64,000 nucleotides of DNA, taken from Octopus vulgaris. Its lineage: Eukaryota. The stretch spans positions 37,572,001 through 37,636,000 of the forward strand of contig OX597834.1 of the NCBI GenBank assembly GCA_951406725.2. The letters run 5' to 3'. A model generated the notes under the pieces. It made no database searches. It saw nothing but the letters and a program-made list of their open reading frames with translations, and was not told where the DNA came from. The translations under genes and the position numbers were made by a program. This document shows positions 38,910 through 52,992 of the stretch, piece after piece (position 1 is the first letter of the stretch; each line of letters opens with the position of its first letter).

Positions 38910-40897
38910 GATATGTATGTGTGTATGTACATATAGGTGTGTGTGCATTTATATATATATATATATGTGTGTATGTACATATATGTGTGTGTGCATTTAT
39001 ATATATATATGTATGTGTGTATGAACATATATGTGTGTGTGCATTTATATATATGTATGTGTATATGTACATATATGTGTGTGTGCATTTATGTATATAT
39101 ATATGTATGTGTGTATGTACATATATGTGTGTGTGCATTTATATATATATGTATGTGTGTATGTACATATATGTGTGTGTGCATTTTATATATATGTATG
39201 TGTGTATGTACATATATGTGTGTGTGCATTTATATATATATATATATATGTGGGTATGTACATATATGTATGTGTGCATTTATATATATATATGTGGGTA
39301 TGTACATATATGTATGTGTGCATTTATATATATGTATGTGTGTATGTACATATATGTGTGTGTGCATTTTATATATATATATATATATATGTGGGTATGT
39401 ACATATATGTATGTGTGCATTTATATATATATATGTGTGTATGTACATATATGTGTGTGTGCATTTATATATATATATATATATGTGGGTATGTACATAT
39501 ATGTATGTGTGCATTATATATATATATATGTGTGTATGTACATATATGTATGTGTGCATTTTATATATATGTATGTGTGTATGTACATATATGTGTGTGT
39601 GCATTTATATATATGTATGTGTGTATGTACATATATGTGTGTGTGCATTTATATATATGTATGTGTGTATGTACATATATGTGTGTGTGCATTTATATAT
39701 ATGTATGTATGTGTGTATGTACATATATGTGTGTGTGTATTTATATATGTATGTATGTGTGTATGTACATATATGTGTGTGTGTATTTATATATATATGT
39801 ATGTGTGTACGTACATATATGTGTGTGTGCATTTATATATATGTGTGTGTGTATGTACATATATGTGTGTGTGCATTTATATATATGTATGTGTGTATGT
39901 ACATATATGTGTGTGTGCATTTATATATATGTGTGTGTGTATGTACATATATGTGTGTGTGCATTTATATATATATGTATGTGTATATGTACATATATGT
40001 GTGTGTGCATTTATATATATGTGTGTGTGTATGTACATATATGTGTGTGTGCATTTATATATATATGTATGTGTGTATGTACATATATGTGTGTGTGCAT
40101 TTATATATATATGTATGTGTGTATGTACATATATGTGTGTGTGCATTTATATATATATGTATGTGTGTATGTACATATATGTGTGTGTGCATTTATATAT
40201 ATATGTATGTGTATATGTACATATATGTGTGTGTGCATTTATATATATATGTATGTGTGTATGTACATATATGTGTGTGTGCATTTATATATATATATAT
40301 GTATGTGTGTATGTACATATATGTGTGTGTGCATTTATATATATATATATGTGTGTATGTACATATATGTGTGTGTGTGTATTTATATATATATGTATGT
40401 GTGTATATACATATGTGTGTGTGTGTATTCATATATACATATATGTGTGTATGTACATATATGTGTGTGTGTATTCATATATATATATGTATGTGTGTAT
40501 GTACATATATGTGTGTGTGCATTTATATATATATATGTATGTGTGTATGTACATATATGTGTGTGTGCATTTATGTATGTATGTGTGTATGTACATATAT
40601 GTGTGTGCATTTATGTATGTATGTGTGTATGTACATATATGTGTGCGTGCATTTATATATATATGTGTGTGTATGTACATATATGCGTGCGTGCATTTAT
40701 ATATATATATATGTGTGTATGTACATATATGTGTGTGTGTGTATTCATATATATATGTATGTCTGTATGTACATATATGTGTGTGTGCATTTATATATAT
40801 ATATGTATGTGTGTATGTACATATATGTGTGTGTGTATTTATATACATATGTATGTGTGTGTATGTACATATATGTGTGTGTACATTTATATATATA
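38910..40897. repeat. ~42-46-bp minisatellite, roughly 45 copies
   Basis: Unit gtatgtgtgtatgtacatatatgtgtgtgtgcattt(at)n. It explains the 623-807 aa ORFs. Confidence 0.95.
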
Positions 40898-41788
40898 GTT
40901 AACGTCCCATATATATATGGGTATATGTGCGTCTATGTGCGCGCGAGCGCTCGTTTATACATGTGTGTGCGTGTGTATATATGTGTATATATCATCACGT
41001 CCCACTACTATTACTGCTAGCTATTCTTTACTGCAATTAGTAATAGATCTTCGATAGATATGGAATACTGAAGAATTTAAAAGTCTGCGACCAATTAGTC
41101 TGCACAAAGATAATTCGGATCAATATAAGAAGAAAAAAAATAATGAAAACAAAAGACAAAAAACAGCAAAGAAAAATAAAAAAACAAAAATCACCAAAGA
41201 GATCTTGTCCAATGTCTTCAGATATTGTTTTAAAGAAATTAAGAATATGAAGAGAATCCAAATTGAACGTACAAGGAATCGAATGTATTTTGGCAACGAT
41301 GCTACCATTTTGTGATACAGTTGTTTAGCCATGGGTCAGTATTGATCGAGAAGAAATAATGAAATGCATTCAACAAAGCGTTGCTAATTCGTGCTCTTAT
41401 TTCATATCTAGGCCGACAATCTCTTGTGTTTATAATGCTACTAAAAAAAGAACAGCAGTATGGTGGGATTTGAGGAAGATTTCGGCTACTGTTCTTAAAA
41501 GACCGAGTAGCTATGTATATGTTCCCTTACAGGACCTAAAGGATATTTGGTTGCCGTTTCTAACATATAATGGTATTTTTTTTTAATCCGGTGCCGTGTT
41601 TTACAAGCCTGTACATAATAAGGATATTTTTATATAAGCTTAATTAAAAGCTTATGGCAATCACTGTGCAATGGCTAAGGAAATAGTCTAATAAAGGGTC
41701 ATATAAGTCCTTGGTAGAAAAAAGAAGGCTTTCCTATCCGCGTGGGACTCGAACCCACAGATAACAGAGAAAGCAATATTACACATAA

Positions 41789-41837
<49 letters not shown>

Positions 41838-41840
<3 letters not shown>

Positions 41841-42384
41841 GCCCTGATGCAGTACCAGGCAGTGGCTCTCATGGCTTCTGATCTTAACTGATTGGAAGTG
41901 TTATCATGTACATTGTCTTGTCTTGGTATAAAAGATGGGCTACAGCAAATATTCTGCTCAATACCATAGATTTGCTTGTCAGTTGTTTGACCTTAACCAG
42001 TTGAGCATGTCCCTTGGTGGCTGACGATATGTGCATCTCTGATCACGAGCAGAAGTAGTGGGGGTGCATCATAGCCATGTGTTGAAAGGAATTCTTTGGG
42101 ATTTGAATAATTCACCTCTGAAAACATGGGTGGTTCTTTCAACATCCTTAAACAACCCTTATTCAGGGACCTTTTGAGCGGGATGGGCTACTCAACCTGA
42201 AGAAAATTCTAACTGGGCCCCACCTGCAAGGTCATGTGCTGTTTATCTTGATATGAGATCACCATGTCGCGCACATATGGTTGTGATGCAAGTGCCTTAT
42301 CAGACGGGTAGTCATGATGGGTATATTGGGCTTCGTATATTTTACCCCAGTGTCACTTTGATGGCATGAACTGCTCTCTCACTC

Positions 42385-42419
<35 letters not shown>

Positions 42420-42750
42420 TAATAGTGCGACCATGTTTTAGAGAATAGGAAGCCGGACATAGTCTTAATTGAGAAAGAAAACAAACTATGCTGGATCATA
42501 GATATAGCATGCCCAGCTGACAACAAGGTATGCGATAAGGAAGAAAGAAGAGTTGAGGGATATGACAGGTTAGCTTGGGAAGTTAAGCAGTTGTGGTCGA
42601 TGAAATAGGTAGCAGTAGTACCAATAATTGTCGGAGCTCTGGGAACAGTGAGCAAAAATCTTGAGATGCATGTACCTAGTGTATCCTTATAGGACGGGTA
42701 GTCATGATGGGTATACTGGGCTTTGTATATTCCTACCCCGGTGTCACTTT
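41838..42750 (+). mobile_element. R4/Dong-like fragments in (TAA)n: probable 3' UTR (41838-42385) and RLE fragment (42423-42750)
   Basis: DHVLENRKPDIVLIEKENKLCWIIDIACPADNKVCDKEERRVEGYDRLAWEVKQLW..VVPIIVGALG (PD..D motif). 42693-42750 repeats 42303-42359. Confidence 0.82.
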
Positions 42751-42836
42751 CATGCAACAAATATGCTAGAGCGCGCGCACGCACACACACACACACTAAA
42801 ATAATATAGTATGCGTACACTAAAATAAAAGAGCTG

Positions 42837-42872
<36 letters not shown>

Positions 42873-42873
<1 letters not shown>

Positions 42874-42918
42874 GCGGTGCCCCAGCATGGCCACAGCTCA
42901 TGGGCTGAAACTGGAAAA
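42873..42918 (+). mobile_element. Extremely 5'-truncated LINE tail
   Basis: ggcggtgccccagcatggccacagctcatgggctgaaact. Same tail at 12390-12431 (-) and 63130-63172 (-). Confidence 0.7.
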
Positions 42919-42934
42919 ATCAAAATCATCAAAT

Positions 42935-43010
<76 letters not shown>

Positions 43011-43026
43011 CATATAATCATATAAA

Positions 43027-43117
<91 letters not shown>

Positions 43118-43118
<1 letters not shown>

Positions 43119-43522
43119 GGCTGCGAGCTGGCGGAATCGTTAGCACACCGGACGAAATGTTTAGCGGTATTTCATCTGCCGCTACGTTCTGAGTTCAAAT
43201 TCCGCCGAGGTCGACTTTGCCTTTCATCCTCTCGGGGTCGATTAAATAAGTACCAGTTACGCACTGGGGTCGATACAATCGACTTAATCCCTTTGTCTGT
43301 CCTTGTTTGTTCTCTCTGTGTTTAGCCCCTTGTGGGTAGTAAAGAAATAAGTATTTCGCCTGCCGTTACGTTCTGATTTCAAATTCCGCCGATGTCGACT
43401 TTGCCTTTCAACCTTTCGGGGTCGATTAAATAACTACCAGTTACGCACGGGGGCCGATATAATCGACTAAATCCTTTTGTCCTTGTTTGTCCCCTCAATG
43501 TGTAGCCCCGCATGGGCAATAA
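43118..43522 (+). mobile_element. SINE family B dimer
   Basis: One head plus two tandem bodies. Confidence 0.9.
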
Positions 43523-44278
43523 ATATATACAGGGGTCTGATAATATTAAAAGTTTTGAAATCAAATTTTTGATCTGCGGGGCTTTCGTTTCACAGCTTCA
43601 CACCAAGAAAGAATCTACCCTACTCTCACAGAGAAAGAATTCACGAATAACTCTTCCTTTCAGTGGCTACGCGTGCAAAGGGGATAATAAGGTAGAGGAC
43701 AGAGCTTCCTTGTTACTAAGAATTTATTACAGCCAAAAATATAAAATTTTGTTGAATTTCAGTTGGTAGATCTCTTTAGATAATGTACGTAAGTGTATCT
43801 GTTTTAAGTGTGACGAAATATGTAATTTCATGAAATATCATGATATGCATCTATATTTAGTCTAGTGCTTGTGATCATCTTCAGTTAGCTAGAGGGTTTT
43901 TTCCGGCATGTCTGCATTTACTGAATATTTCCGCTCTGAGATTTAAATATTTAAACAAAGTTTTAAGAATTTTGAAAACGAGAATCTTTTACTTCATTTA
44001 CATAATTTTCAGCTTTTACATCGTTTTGTATTTAAATATGATATGAAATAACATAACACGATATGGTCTGACGGGATGACACGGAATGACAAGAGGTGAC
44101 AGAACAGAACTCGAGCTGAAATGACTTGACATGAAAAGAGGTGACGTGACGTTGAACGACACGAAATGAAATTACTTCACATGGCATGAATTATTTTTCT
44201 TTTTCTGTTTCTAACTGGAAAAAAAAAACAATAAAACAAACCAGAAAAGCAAAGTAAAACAAAAGAAAATCTACTTAC

Positions 44279-44377
44279 GTCGATCATGTGCTGAGGCTCT
44301 AGGCAAATCATCTCATTGGTTGCTATATCATCCGCGGGAATCCCGTTAAGATTAAACTCACAATCCAGAGCTGCCAT
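44279..44377 (-). CDS. Candidate first coding exon segment, MAALDCEFNLNGIPADDIATNEMICLEPQHMID (product unknown)
   Basis: gaaaATGG start with an in-frame TAG three codons upstream, 33 non-repetitive codons, and a phase-0 donor GAC|gtaagt. A strong acceptor ttctgtttttttattttttcacag|G at 44637 defines a 359-nt exon. Confidence 0.6.
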
Positions 44378-44533
44378 TTTCACCTATAGAGTGTCTGTCC
44401 AAACATCCAATTCATGTCTACACCCCAGTGTACGGTCAGGTGTCTTTGTCTTGCCTACACATGCAGACTTTGATGTTGCACACGACGACTATGAGCTTGA
44501 TTAGTCTCTTTTTTTTTTAGCTGTATTAGACGA

Positions 44534-44580
<47 letters not shown>

Positions 44581-44836
44581 ATTGATGTTATTGATATTGG
44601 TATAATATCCCTATTGCACGGGTGTCATGACGTAAACCTGTGAAAAAATAAAAAAACAGAAACGAAGGTAAGGAAAAAATTAATTTGGACGAATAAAAGA
44701 CAAACATCAAGGATTTATAAAAGAAGGAGACGTGGATAAATGAACAGATGAATGAGTTTATACGCGAATGAAAGAATGAATGAATGAATGCGCGGGTTAA
44801 TGTTTGAGTGAGTGAATGAATAAAGGAGTAAATCTG

Positions 44837-44867
<31 letters not shown>

Positions 44868-45092
44868 AAACAGAAAAAAAAAAACATGGTGATTAAATGA
44901 AAGGAATGAAATAAGTACACAGGACGAAAGGAATTAGGAGAAAAAAGAGAAGAAAGAAGACAAAGTAAGGAAAAGAATCTGTGTGCGTACACACACACAC
45001 ACACACACTCAATAATATATAAGTAGTGATATATGATAATAATAATAATAATAATAAAAATAATAATAAATATATATATATATATATATATA

Positions 45093-45366
45093 TGGAGGCG
45101 CTATGGCCCAGTGGTTAGGACAGCGGACTCGCGGTTGTAGGATCGCGGTTTCGATTCCCATACCGGGCGTTGTGAGTGTTTATTGAGCGAAAACACCTAA
45201 AGCTCCACGAGGCTCCGGCAGGAGTTGGTGGCGAACTCTGTTGTACTCTTTCGCCTGTTGGCCTGCTCGCTTAGCCAGCGGGGTGGCGTCTCTTGAAGGG
45301 TAAAACAATGCAGAGCGCATTGTGACCAGCGATGTGTAGCAACATCTGATAGCCTGGTCGGTCACA

Positions 45367-45370
<4 letters not shown>
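45093..45370 (+). mobile_element. SINE family D inserted in (TA)n
   Basis: tRNA-like A and B boxes (tggcccagtggttagg; ggtttcgattcc). Tail gcgatgtgtagcaacatctgatagcctggtcggtcac. Confidence 0.88.
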
Positions 45371-45401
<31 letters not shown>

Positions 45402-45656
45402 TGTTCAGTCTTTGCCGAACGACCTGAAGCAAATAATTTTGTATATGGTGATCAAATGCGTGTGCTGTACGTTAGCTCACTCCCTCTATCAAATCGATCT
45501 CACCTGAACAGGTGTTCCGTGTACCATACGTCAGTCAGGTGTTGAGCAACGTGAGATGAAATGTTTTGCTCAAGAACACAACGCACCATTCGTCGGTCTA
45601 GGAATTGAAACCGCGATCCTGCGATCATGACTAAACGCCCTAATCACTAGGCCATG

Positions 45657-45703
<47 letters not shown>

Positions 45704-46152
45704 GTAAGAAGTTTGCTTCCCAACCACATGGTTCTGGGTTCAGTCCCACTGCGTGGCACCCTGGGCGAGTGTCTTCTACTTTAGCCTTACTTACTATACT
45801 TCTTCTAGTCATTAAGACTGCGGCCATCGTGGGGCATCGCATTTAAGAATTTTCAGGTGAACGAATCGATCCCACTGCTTATTATTACTTTTTAAACCTG
45901 CGACTTACTATATCGGTGAATTTTTCCGAACTGCTAAGTGATGCGGATGTAAACAAACCAACACGACGTTTGTCAGGCTTTGATAGGACATACACACACA
46001 CACACACATATACGACGGGTTTCTTGCAGTTCCCGTCTACCAAGTCCATTCACAAGGCTTTAGTGGGAATGAGACTACAGCAGAAGGCACATACATAAGT
46101 CTCCAAGCAGAGGGACTGAACCCGGAACCATGTGCTTGGGAAGTAAATTTCT

Positions 46153-46382
46153 TATTTCTTTACTACCCACAAGGGGCCAAACATAGAGGGGACAAACAAG
46201 GACAGACAAACGGATTAAGTCGATTACATCGACCCCAGTACGTAACTGGTACTTGATTTATCGACCCCGAAAGGATGAAAGGCAAAGTCGACCTCGGCGG
46301 AATTTGAACTCAGAACGTAACGACAGACGAAATACCGCTAAGCATTTCGCCCGGCGTGCTAACGTTTTTGCCAGTTCGCCGC
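46153..46382 (-). mobile_element. SINE family B nested in the head of a family A copy
   Basis: Family A minus head at 46100-46152 resumes at about 46383. Confidence 0.85.
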
Positions 46383-46984
46383 ACAACCACGCCTATCCGT
46401 CGTATTTTGCTCCAGTTTCTGTTTTCAATATTCCCCCCACAAAGAATTGGTCGATCCGAAGCTACACTAATTCAATTTGCTGCGCTGTGGGATCGATCTC
46501 GACGCATATATATTTGTGAAATGAACTACTTCACCACAGGCTACCCCAGTGCATACACAAGCACACACGCACATATATACACACACGTACGCACACACAA
46601 ATACTTATACTATATCGTATAAATTTCGCGACATGAGACAGATGTCCTCTCCTTCTACGGAGTCAGTAAAACCTCAGCGGTATAGCACAACGATTTTGCG
46701 AAACGGGATATGATAACGAAACAGACCGTTATAGAGAAAACAATCAATGATTTGGCCAATGAAAAGTGACTATGCTTCAGCAATCAAACGTAAGATGACA
46801 AAGTTACAATAAAGAAAAATACAGCAGCCTTGAAAGTAATATCTAGCAATTAAGCAATGAAATTGAGAACTACAAAAAGAAGAACGAGGCCGATGGTATG
46901 ATTTGAAACCCAGATGGAAATGCTGATGAAACAGTCGCCTGAATGATCAAGGAAACGTGAAACGCGAGCCACAAATAAATATTT

Positions 46985-47398
46985 CAGGAGTGGTTGTGTG
47001 GTAAGTAGCTTGTTTACCAACCACATGGTTCCGGGTTCAGTCCCACTGCGTGGCACCTTGGGCAAGTGTCTTCTACTATAGCCTTGGGCCGACCAAAGCC
47101 TTGTGAGTGGATTTGGTAGACGGAAACTGAAAGAAGCCTGTCGTATATATGTATATATATATATATATATATGCGTGTGTGTGTTTGTGTGTCTGTGTTT
47201 GTCCCCTTAGCATTGCTTGACAACCGATGCTGGTGTGTTTATGTCCCCGTTACTTAGCGGTTCGGCAAAAGAGACCGATAGAATAAGTACATGGGCTTAC
47301 AAAAGAATAAGTCCCGGGGTCGAGTTGCTCGATTAAAGGCGGTGCTCCAGCATGGCCGCAGTCAAATGACTGAAACAAGTAAAAGAGTAAAAGAGAGA
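46985..47398 (+). mobile_element. SINE family A, full length
   Basis: Nearly identical to 52586-52992. Confidence 0.93.
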
Positions 47399-47399
47399 G

Positions 47400-47839
<440 letters not shown>

Positions 47840-48499
47840 CATGTCTGTGTGTGTATGATCCATACGCACACACCCACACTATTTAATCAATAAATAGCTG
47901 TATATAGCAGGAAATTGCTGCATAAAGCGAAGTAAAACAAGCAAAAGATTACACGAAATAGCAACAAGTTGTGAGATAATGAGAAATAGCAACAATGAAC
48001 AGGAAGTAACAAATAGCAACATAGAAAAAAAAACAAACAACAATTCTAAAACAAACAGCTAACAAAACGATGACGAAATAATGGCAAGAAATAAATAGGA
48101 ATTTGGAAAATAGAAAGTTAATATCTGGAAATACTTTCTGAATACTATATTGTGTGGTTTTAGGAAGTAAAAGGTTACAGATAAATCAATGGTTAAATCT
48201 ATGGGTGTGTGTGGGTGGTGGGTGGGAAATGAAAGGTGTGATGTAATGAGATGCTAAACAATCATGGTAGTTGACTATAAGGTGTGATAAATTATATAAG
48301 ATGTGGTAGAGTGTGATAAAATATATAAAAGATGAGGCAGAGGTGGGCGAAAAATATGCGTGGTAGATTGGAGGTAATATATAAGGCGTGGTAGATTTAG
48401 GGAAGAAATATAAAGTGTGGTTAGGAGGGGTTAAAATATAAGAGGTGAGGGAAGGTAACGAAATATAGATCTGGTGGACAGGGAGTTATATATAAACGA

Positions 48500-49887
48500 C
48501 GGTAGAGTTGCGGTAAAATGTAAGGCATGGTAAAATATAGATTTGGTAGAATGAGTATATTAGCTGTTGAAGAGTTGGGGGTAAAATGTAAGGCGTGGTA
48601 GAAGATGGTAAAATATAGATTTGGTAGAATGAGTATATTAGCTGTTGAAGAGTTGCAGTAAAATGTAAGGCGTGGCAGACGATGATAAAATACAGATTTG
48701 GTAGAATGAGTATATTAGCTGTGGAAGAGTTGCGTTAAAAAATAAGGCGTGGTAGATGATGGTAAAATATAGATTTGGTAGAATGAGTATATTAGCTGTG
48801 GAAGAGTTGCGGTAAAATGTAAGGCGTGGTGGACGATGGTAAAATATAGATTTGGTAGAATGGGTATATTAGCTGTGGAAGAGTTGCGGTAAAATGTAAG
48901 GCGTAGTAGACGATGGTGAAATATAGATTTGGTAGAATGAGGATATTAGCTGTGGAAGAGTTGCGGTAAAATGTAAGGCATGGTAGAAGATGGTAAAATA
49001 CAGATTTGGTAGAATGGGTATATTAGCTGTGGTAGAGTTGGGGTAAAAAGTAAGGCATGGTAGACGATGGTAAAATATAGATTTGGTAGAATGGGTATAT
49101 TAGCTGTGGAAGAGTTGCGGTAAAATGTAAGGCGTGGTAGACGATGGTAAAATACAGATTTGGTAGAATGGGTATATTAGCTGTGGTAGAGTTGTGGTAA
49201 AATGTAAGGCATGGTAGACGATGGTAAAATATAGATTTGGTAGAATGGGTATATTAGTTGTGGTAGAGTTGCGGTAAAATGTAAGGCATGGTAGAAGATG
49301 GTAAAATATAGATTTGGTAGAATGGGTATATTAGCTGTGGAAGAGTTGCGGTAAAATGTAAGGCGTGGTAGACGATGGTAAAATACAGATTTGGTAGAAT
49401 GACTACATTAGCTGTGGTAGAGTTGCGGTAAAATGTAAGGCATGGTAGAAGATGGTAAAATATAGATTTGGTAGAATGACTATATTAGCTGTGGAAGAGT
49501 TGGGGGTAAAATGTAAGGTCTGGAAGAAGATGGTAAAATATAGATTTGGTAGAATGGGTATATTAGTTGTGGAAGAGTTGCGGTAAAATGTAAGGCGTGG
49601 TATACAATGGTAAAATACAGATTTGGTAGAATGAGTGTATTAGCTGTGGAAGAGTTGCGGTAAAATGTAAGGCGTGGTAGACGATGGTAAAATACAGATT
49701 TGGTAGAATGTGTATATTAGCTGTGGAAGAATTGCGGTAAAATGTAAGGCGTGGTAGACGATGGTAAAATACAGATTTGGTAGAATGGGTATATTAGCTG
49801 TGGTAGAGTTGCGGTAAAATGTAAGGCATGGTAGAAGATGGTAAAATATAGATTTGGTAGAATGAGTATATTAGCTGTGGTAGAGTT
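48500..49887. repeat. 77-bp tandem satellite, ~18 copies
   Basis: gatttggtagaatg recurs at 48540, 48618, 48695, 48772 ... 49851. Confidence 0.95.
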
Positions 49888-49920
49888 CTACACTGCATAG
49901 AGAAAATAGCACCTCTAGGT

Positions 49921-50230
49921 TTAAAGGAGACCCATTTCGGTCATGAATGACCATGGTATTTCACCTAGAAAGTTACCCTCCGAGGTACAAGTCCGAGCAA
50001 GGTTGTTTATGGAAGACCAGCAGTCGCCCATGCATACCAGCCCCCCTCTCCACGCCACCAGTGTTATCCAAGAGCAAGACAAAGGGGCCGATACAGCTTG
50101 GCACCAGTTATGTCGCAACTCATTTCTACAGCCGAGTTAACTGGAGCAACTCATATAAAGTGTCTTGCCCAAGAACACAACATGCATCGAACTCACAACC
50201 TCACGATTGTAACCACTGAGCCATGCGACT
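49921..50230 (-). mobile_element. SINE family E with a distinct 3' tail
   Basis: Minus ttcttgggcaagacacttta...ctccagtt.actc.gctgtagaaatgagttgcgac matches 36897-36961. Confidence 0.75.
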
Positions 50231-50291
50231 TTCACTTACCACTAGGTACTGTATGTAAAATAATATTCACATGTTTTAATAATGCATCATT

Positions 50292-50329
<38 letters not shown>

Positions 50330-50745
50330 ATAATGCACTCTTTGGAATGGAATCGAAAATGAAACCCAAAACAACATAAAACTCTGCACATATCTAAGGA
50401 GCACAGAACTACATTCCGTTGTTGTGTGAGAGCATGCAATAGAAATAATACAACAACAACACCAACACCTATAATAACCATGTCTTTTATAATGATGATG
50501 ATGATGATTTCTTTTCTTCGCCATCAGAGCGACGGATGCGGGGGACTATACAAAGATGGACAGATGTGATGTTTTACGCAGAATCGAATAATTAAGTATA
50601 ATAATAATAATAATAATAATAATGGCAATAGTAATGACAATAATAATAACAACAGCAACAACAACAATAATAATGACAATGGTAATGACAACAAGAAGAA
50701 TATAAGAATAATATCATTGATAATAATAGCAACAACAACAACAGA

Positions 50746-50801
<56 letters not shown>

Positions 50802-51269
50802 TGATGATGATAATAATAATCGTGGTGATGGTTATGATGGTGATTGAAATGGTGAGAATGTGAAAGTTGTGCTCTCTTTCAAAATATGGATAGAACCATA
50901 AGAATGAAATAAAAGCAATTCAAGGTACATAAGACAAATTCTGTTGCAGCTTCTCAAAGAAAATGTTCTGCAGTAGATTTAGAAAATGGCAATGCAAAGA
51001 TTCCATAAAAGTTTATTATAGAGATGGACCACCAGCTGGCACGCAATAAGTCAGTTATAATTTTCCACGATAAAACGACGTGAACCAGTTAATAGATGTG
51101 TTCTGTGAAAGTGAGTAGTTTGAATTTTGTGCTGAAGTCAGCTGAAAAGCTAAAGAATTGCACTGATTCTGCTATTGAAACTGAAGACGAAGCAACAAGG
51201 AAAGCCATTTCTGCGTCATTCTATTTGTAATTTGCTATAAATGGAATCGTATCCAACAGACGTAAAGCA

Positions 51270-51398
51270 TGGCCTGGCCCGGTCTCGCTCGGCCTGGACT
51301 GGCATGGCCTAGCCTGGTTTGGACTAGCCTGGTCTGGTCTGCCATGGCTTGGCTTGGCTTGTCCTGACCTGGTCTGGACTAGTCTGGTCTAGCCTGGA
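51270..51398. repeat. Degenerate (GGCCT/GGTCT)n pentamer array
   Basis: Direct inspection. Confidence 0.85.
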
Positions 51399-51606
51399 CG
51401 AGTGTTTGTGGTTAAGGATCTTGCTTTGGCAATCATGAGATCACGGTTTCGATCTCGCTACGCATCGTCACATGTCAGAAAAGCGACTTATACTATCATA
51501 TCTTTCGTACACACATGCTTTGTGAGTGAAAATGAGCTGACGGAAACTGTGCGGAAGCTCATCATTTCGATTGAACCGGGAATTCGAGGATCCAGTCTGC
51601 ACTTCG

Positions 51607-51797
51607 AAAATCTAGCCTTGTCAGATATTGTACTGCACTGATTTTTTTTCTTTTACTGCCTGAGAATTACATTAAACTGTACACGTGTTTGCGGAATACA
51701 CAGCCACATATATGTTAATGCACCAAACTAGACGTTAAGTTTATAGAGCAAGTAGCATATTGATCGACGAAACTGATGGAGGCCTCAGGGATGGATG

Positions 51798-51862
<65 letters not shown>

Positions 51863-51929
51863 ATCACCGTGATCACCGTGACCGACCAGGCAATCAGATG
51901 TTGTTACACATCGCGGTGATCACGGTGAT

Positions 51930-51968
<39 letters not shown>

Positions 51969-52159
51969 CATCCATCCCTGAGGCCTCCATCAGTTTCGTC
52001 GATCAATATGCTACTTGCTCTATAAACTTAACGTCTAGTTTGGTGCATTAACATGTATGTGGCTGTGTATTCCGCAAACACGTGTACAGTTTAATGTAAT
52101 TCTCAGGCAGTAAAAGAAAAAAAATCAGTGCAGTACAATATCTGACAAGGCTAGATTTT
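51607..52159. repeat. Near-perfect inverted duplication (fold-back palindrome)
   Basis: ~195-bp unique arms with one visible mismatch, then (TA)n, then 19-bp inner arms around a ~35-nt loop. Confidence 0.95.
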
Positions 52160-52585
52160 ATATATATTATATGATGGACTCTCCCGTCGTTAGACGACGT
52201 TTGAGGGGTCGACAATTTCTTACCGAACAACCGCACAGAGGATTTGTTTATAGTGATCAAATGTTTTATGTAAACATAAGCTCACTCCTTCCATCAAATC
52301 TACATTACCTGTACAGGTGCAACGGGTGCCCCTTGTCACATGACGAAATCATCGCAGAGCAACGGGAAATGAAATGTTTTGCTTAAGAACACAACGCAAC
52401 GTGAGTGCAACACCTTAACCACTGAACTATTGACAGAGCGCAACAAGGCAGAATTTCATCTTCTAAAGTTCTTACTAACCGCTGCTGGGTCGATTTTCAT
52501 CTGTCACTGTTTTAGGCAATGTTATGGCGCCTGAAATTCTGCTTAAATTCAAACACTTAAACGCACTTAAATGAACGTATACATA

Positions 52586-52992
52586 GGCGCAGGAGTGGCT
52601 GTGTGGTAAGTAGTTTGTTTACCAACCACATGGTTCCGGGTTCAGTCCCACTGCGTGGCACCTTGGGCAAGTGTCTTCTACTATAGCCCCGGGCCGACCA
52701 AAGCCTTGTGAGTAGATTTGGTAGACGGAAACTGAAAGAAGCCTGTCGTACATATGTATATATATATGTTTGTATGTATGTTTGTGTGTCTGTGTTTGTC
52801 CTCCTAGCATTGCTTGACAACCGATGCTGATGTGTGTTTACGTCCCCGTCACTTAGCGGTTCGGCAAAAGAGACCGATATAATAAGTACTGGGCTTACAA
52901 AAAATAAGTCCCGGGTTCGATTTGCTCGACTAAAGGCGGTGCTCCAGCATGGCCGCAGTCAAATGACTGAAACAAGTAAAAGAGTAAAAGAG
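52586..52992 (+). mobile_element. SINE family A, full length
   Basis: ggcgcaggagtggctgtgtggtaag head through aagtaaaagagtaaaagag tail. Confidence 0.93.

Noticed and set aside
38597-41020. 807/653/623-aa ORFs
   Set aside because: They are translations of a TA/TG minisatellite, open in several frames.
41058-41315. ~85-codon Lys-rich open frame on plus
   Set aside because: A-rich composition explains the lack of stops, splice signals are weak and no motif is recognisable.
45093-45170. tRNA gene
   Set aside because: It is the tRNA-derived head of a multi-copy SINE and continues into the SINE body.
48500-49887. CRISPR-like periodic array
   Set aside because: No unique spacers, no cas genes, and a eukaryotic context. 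It is a tandem satellite.
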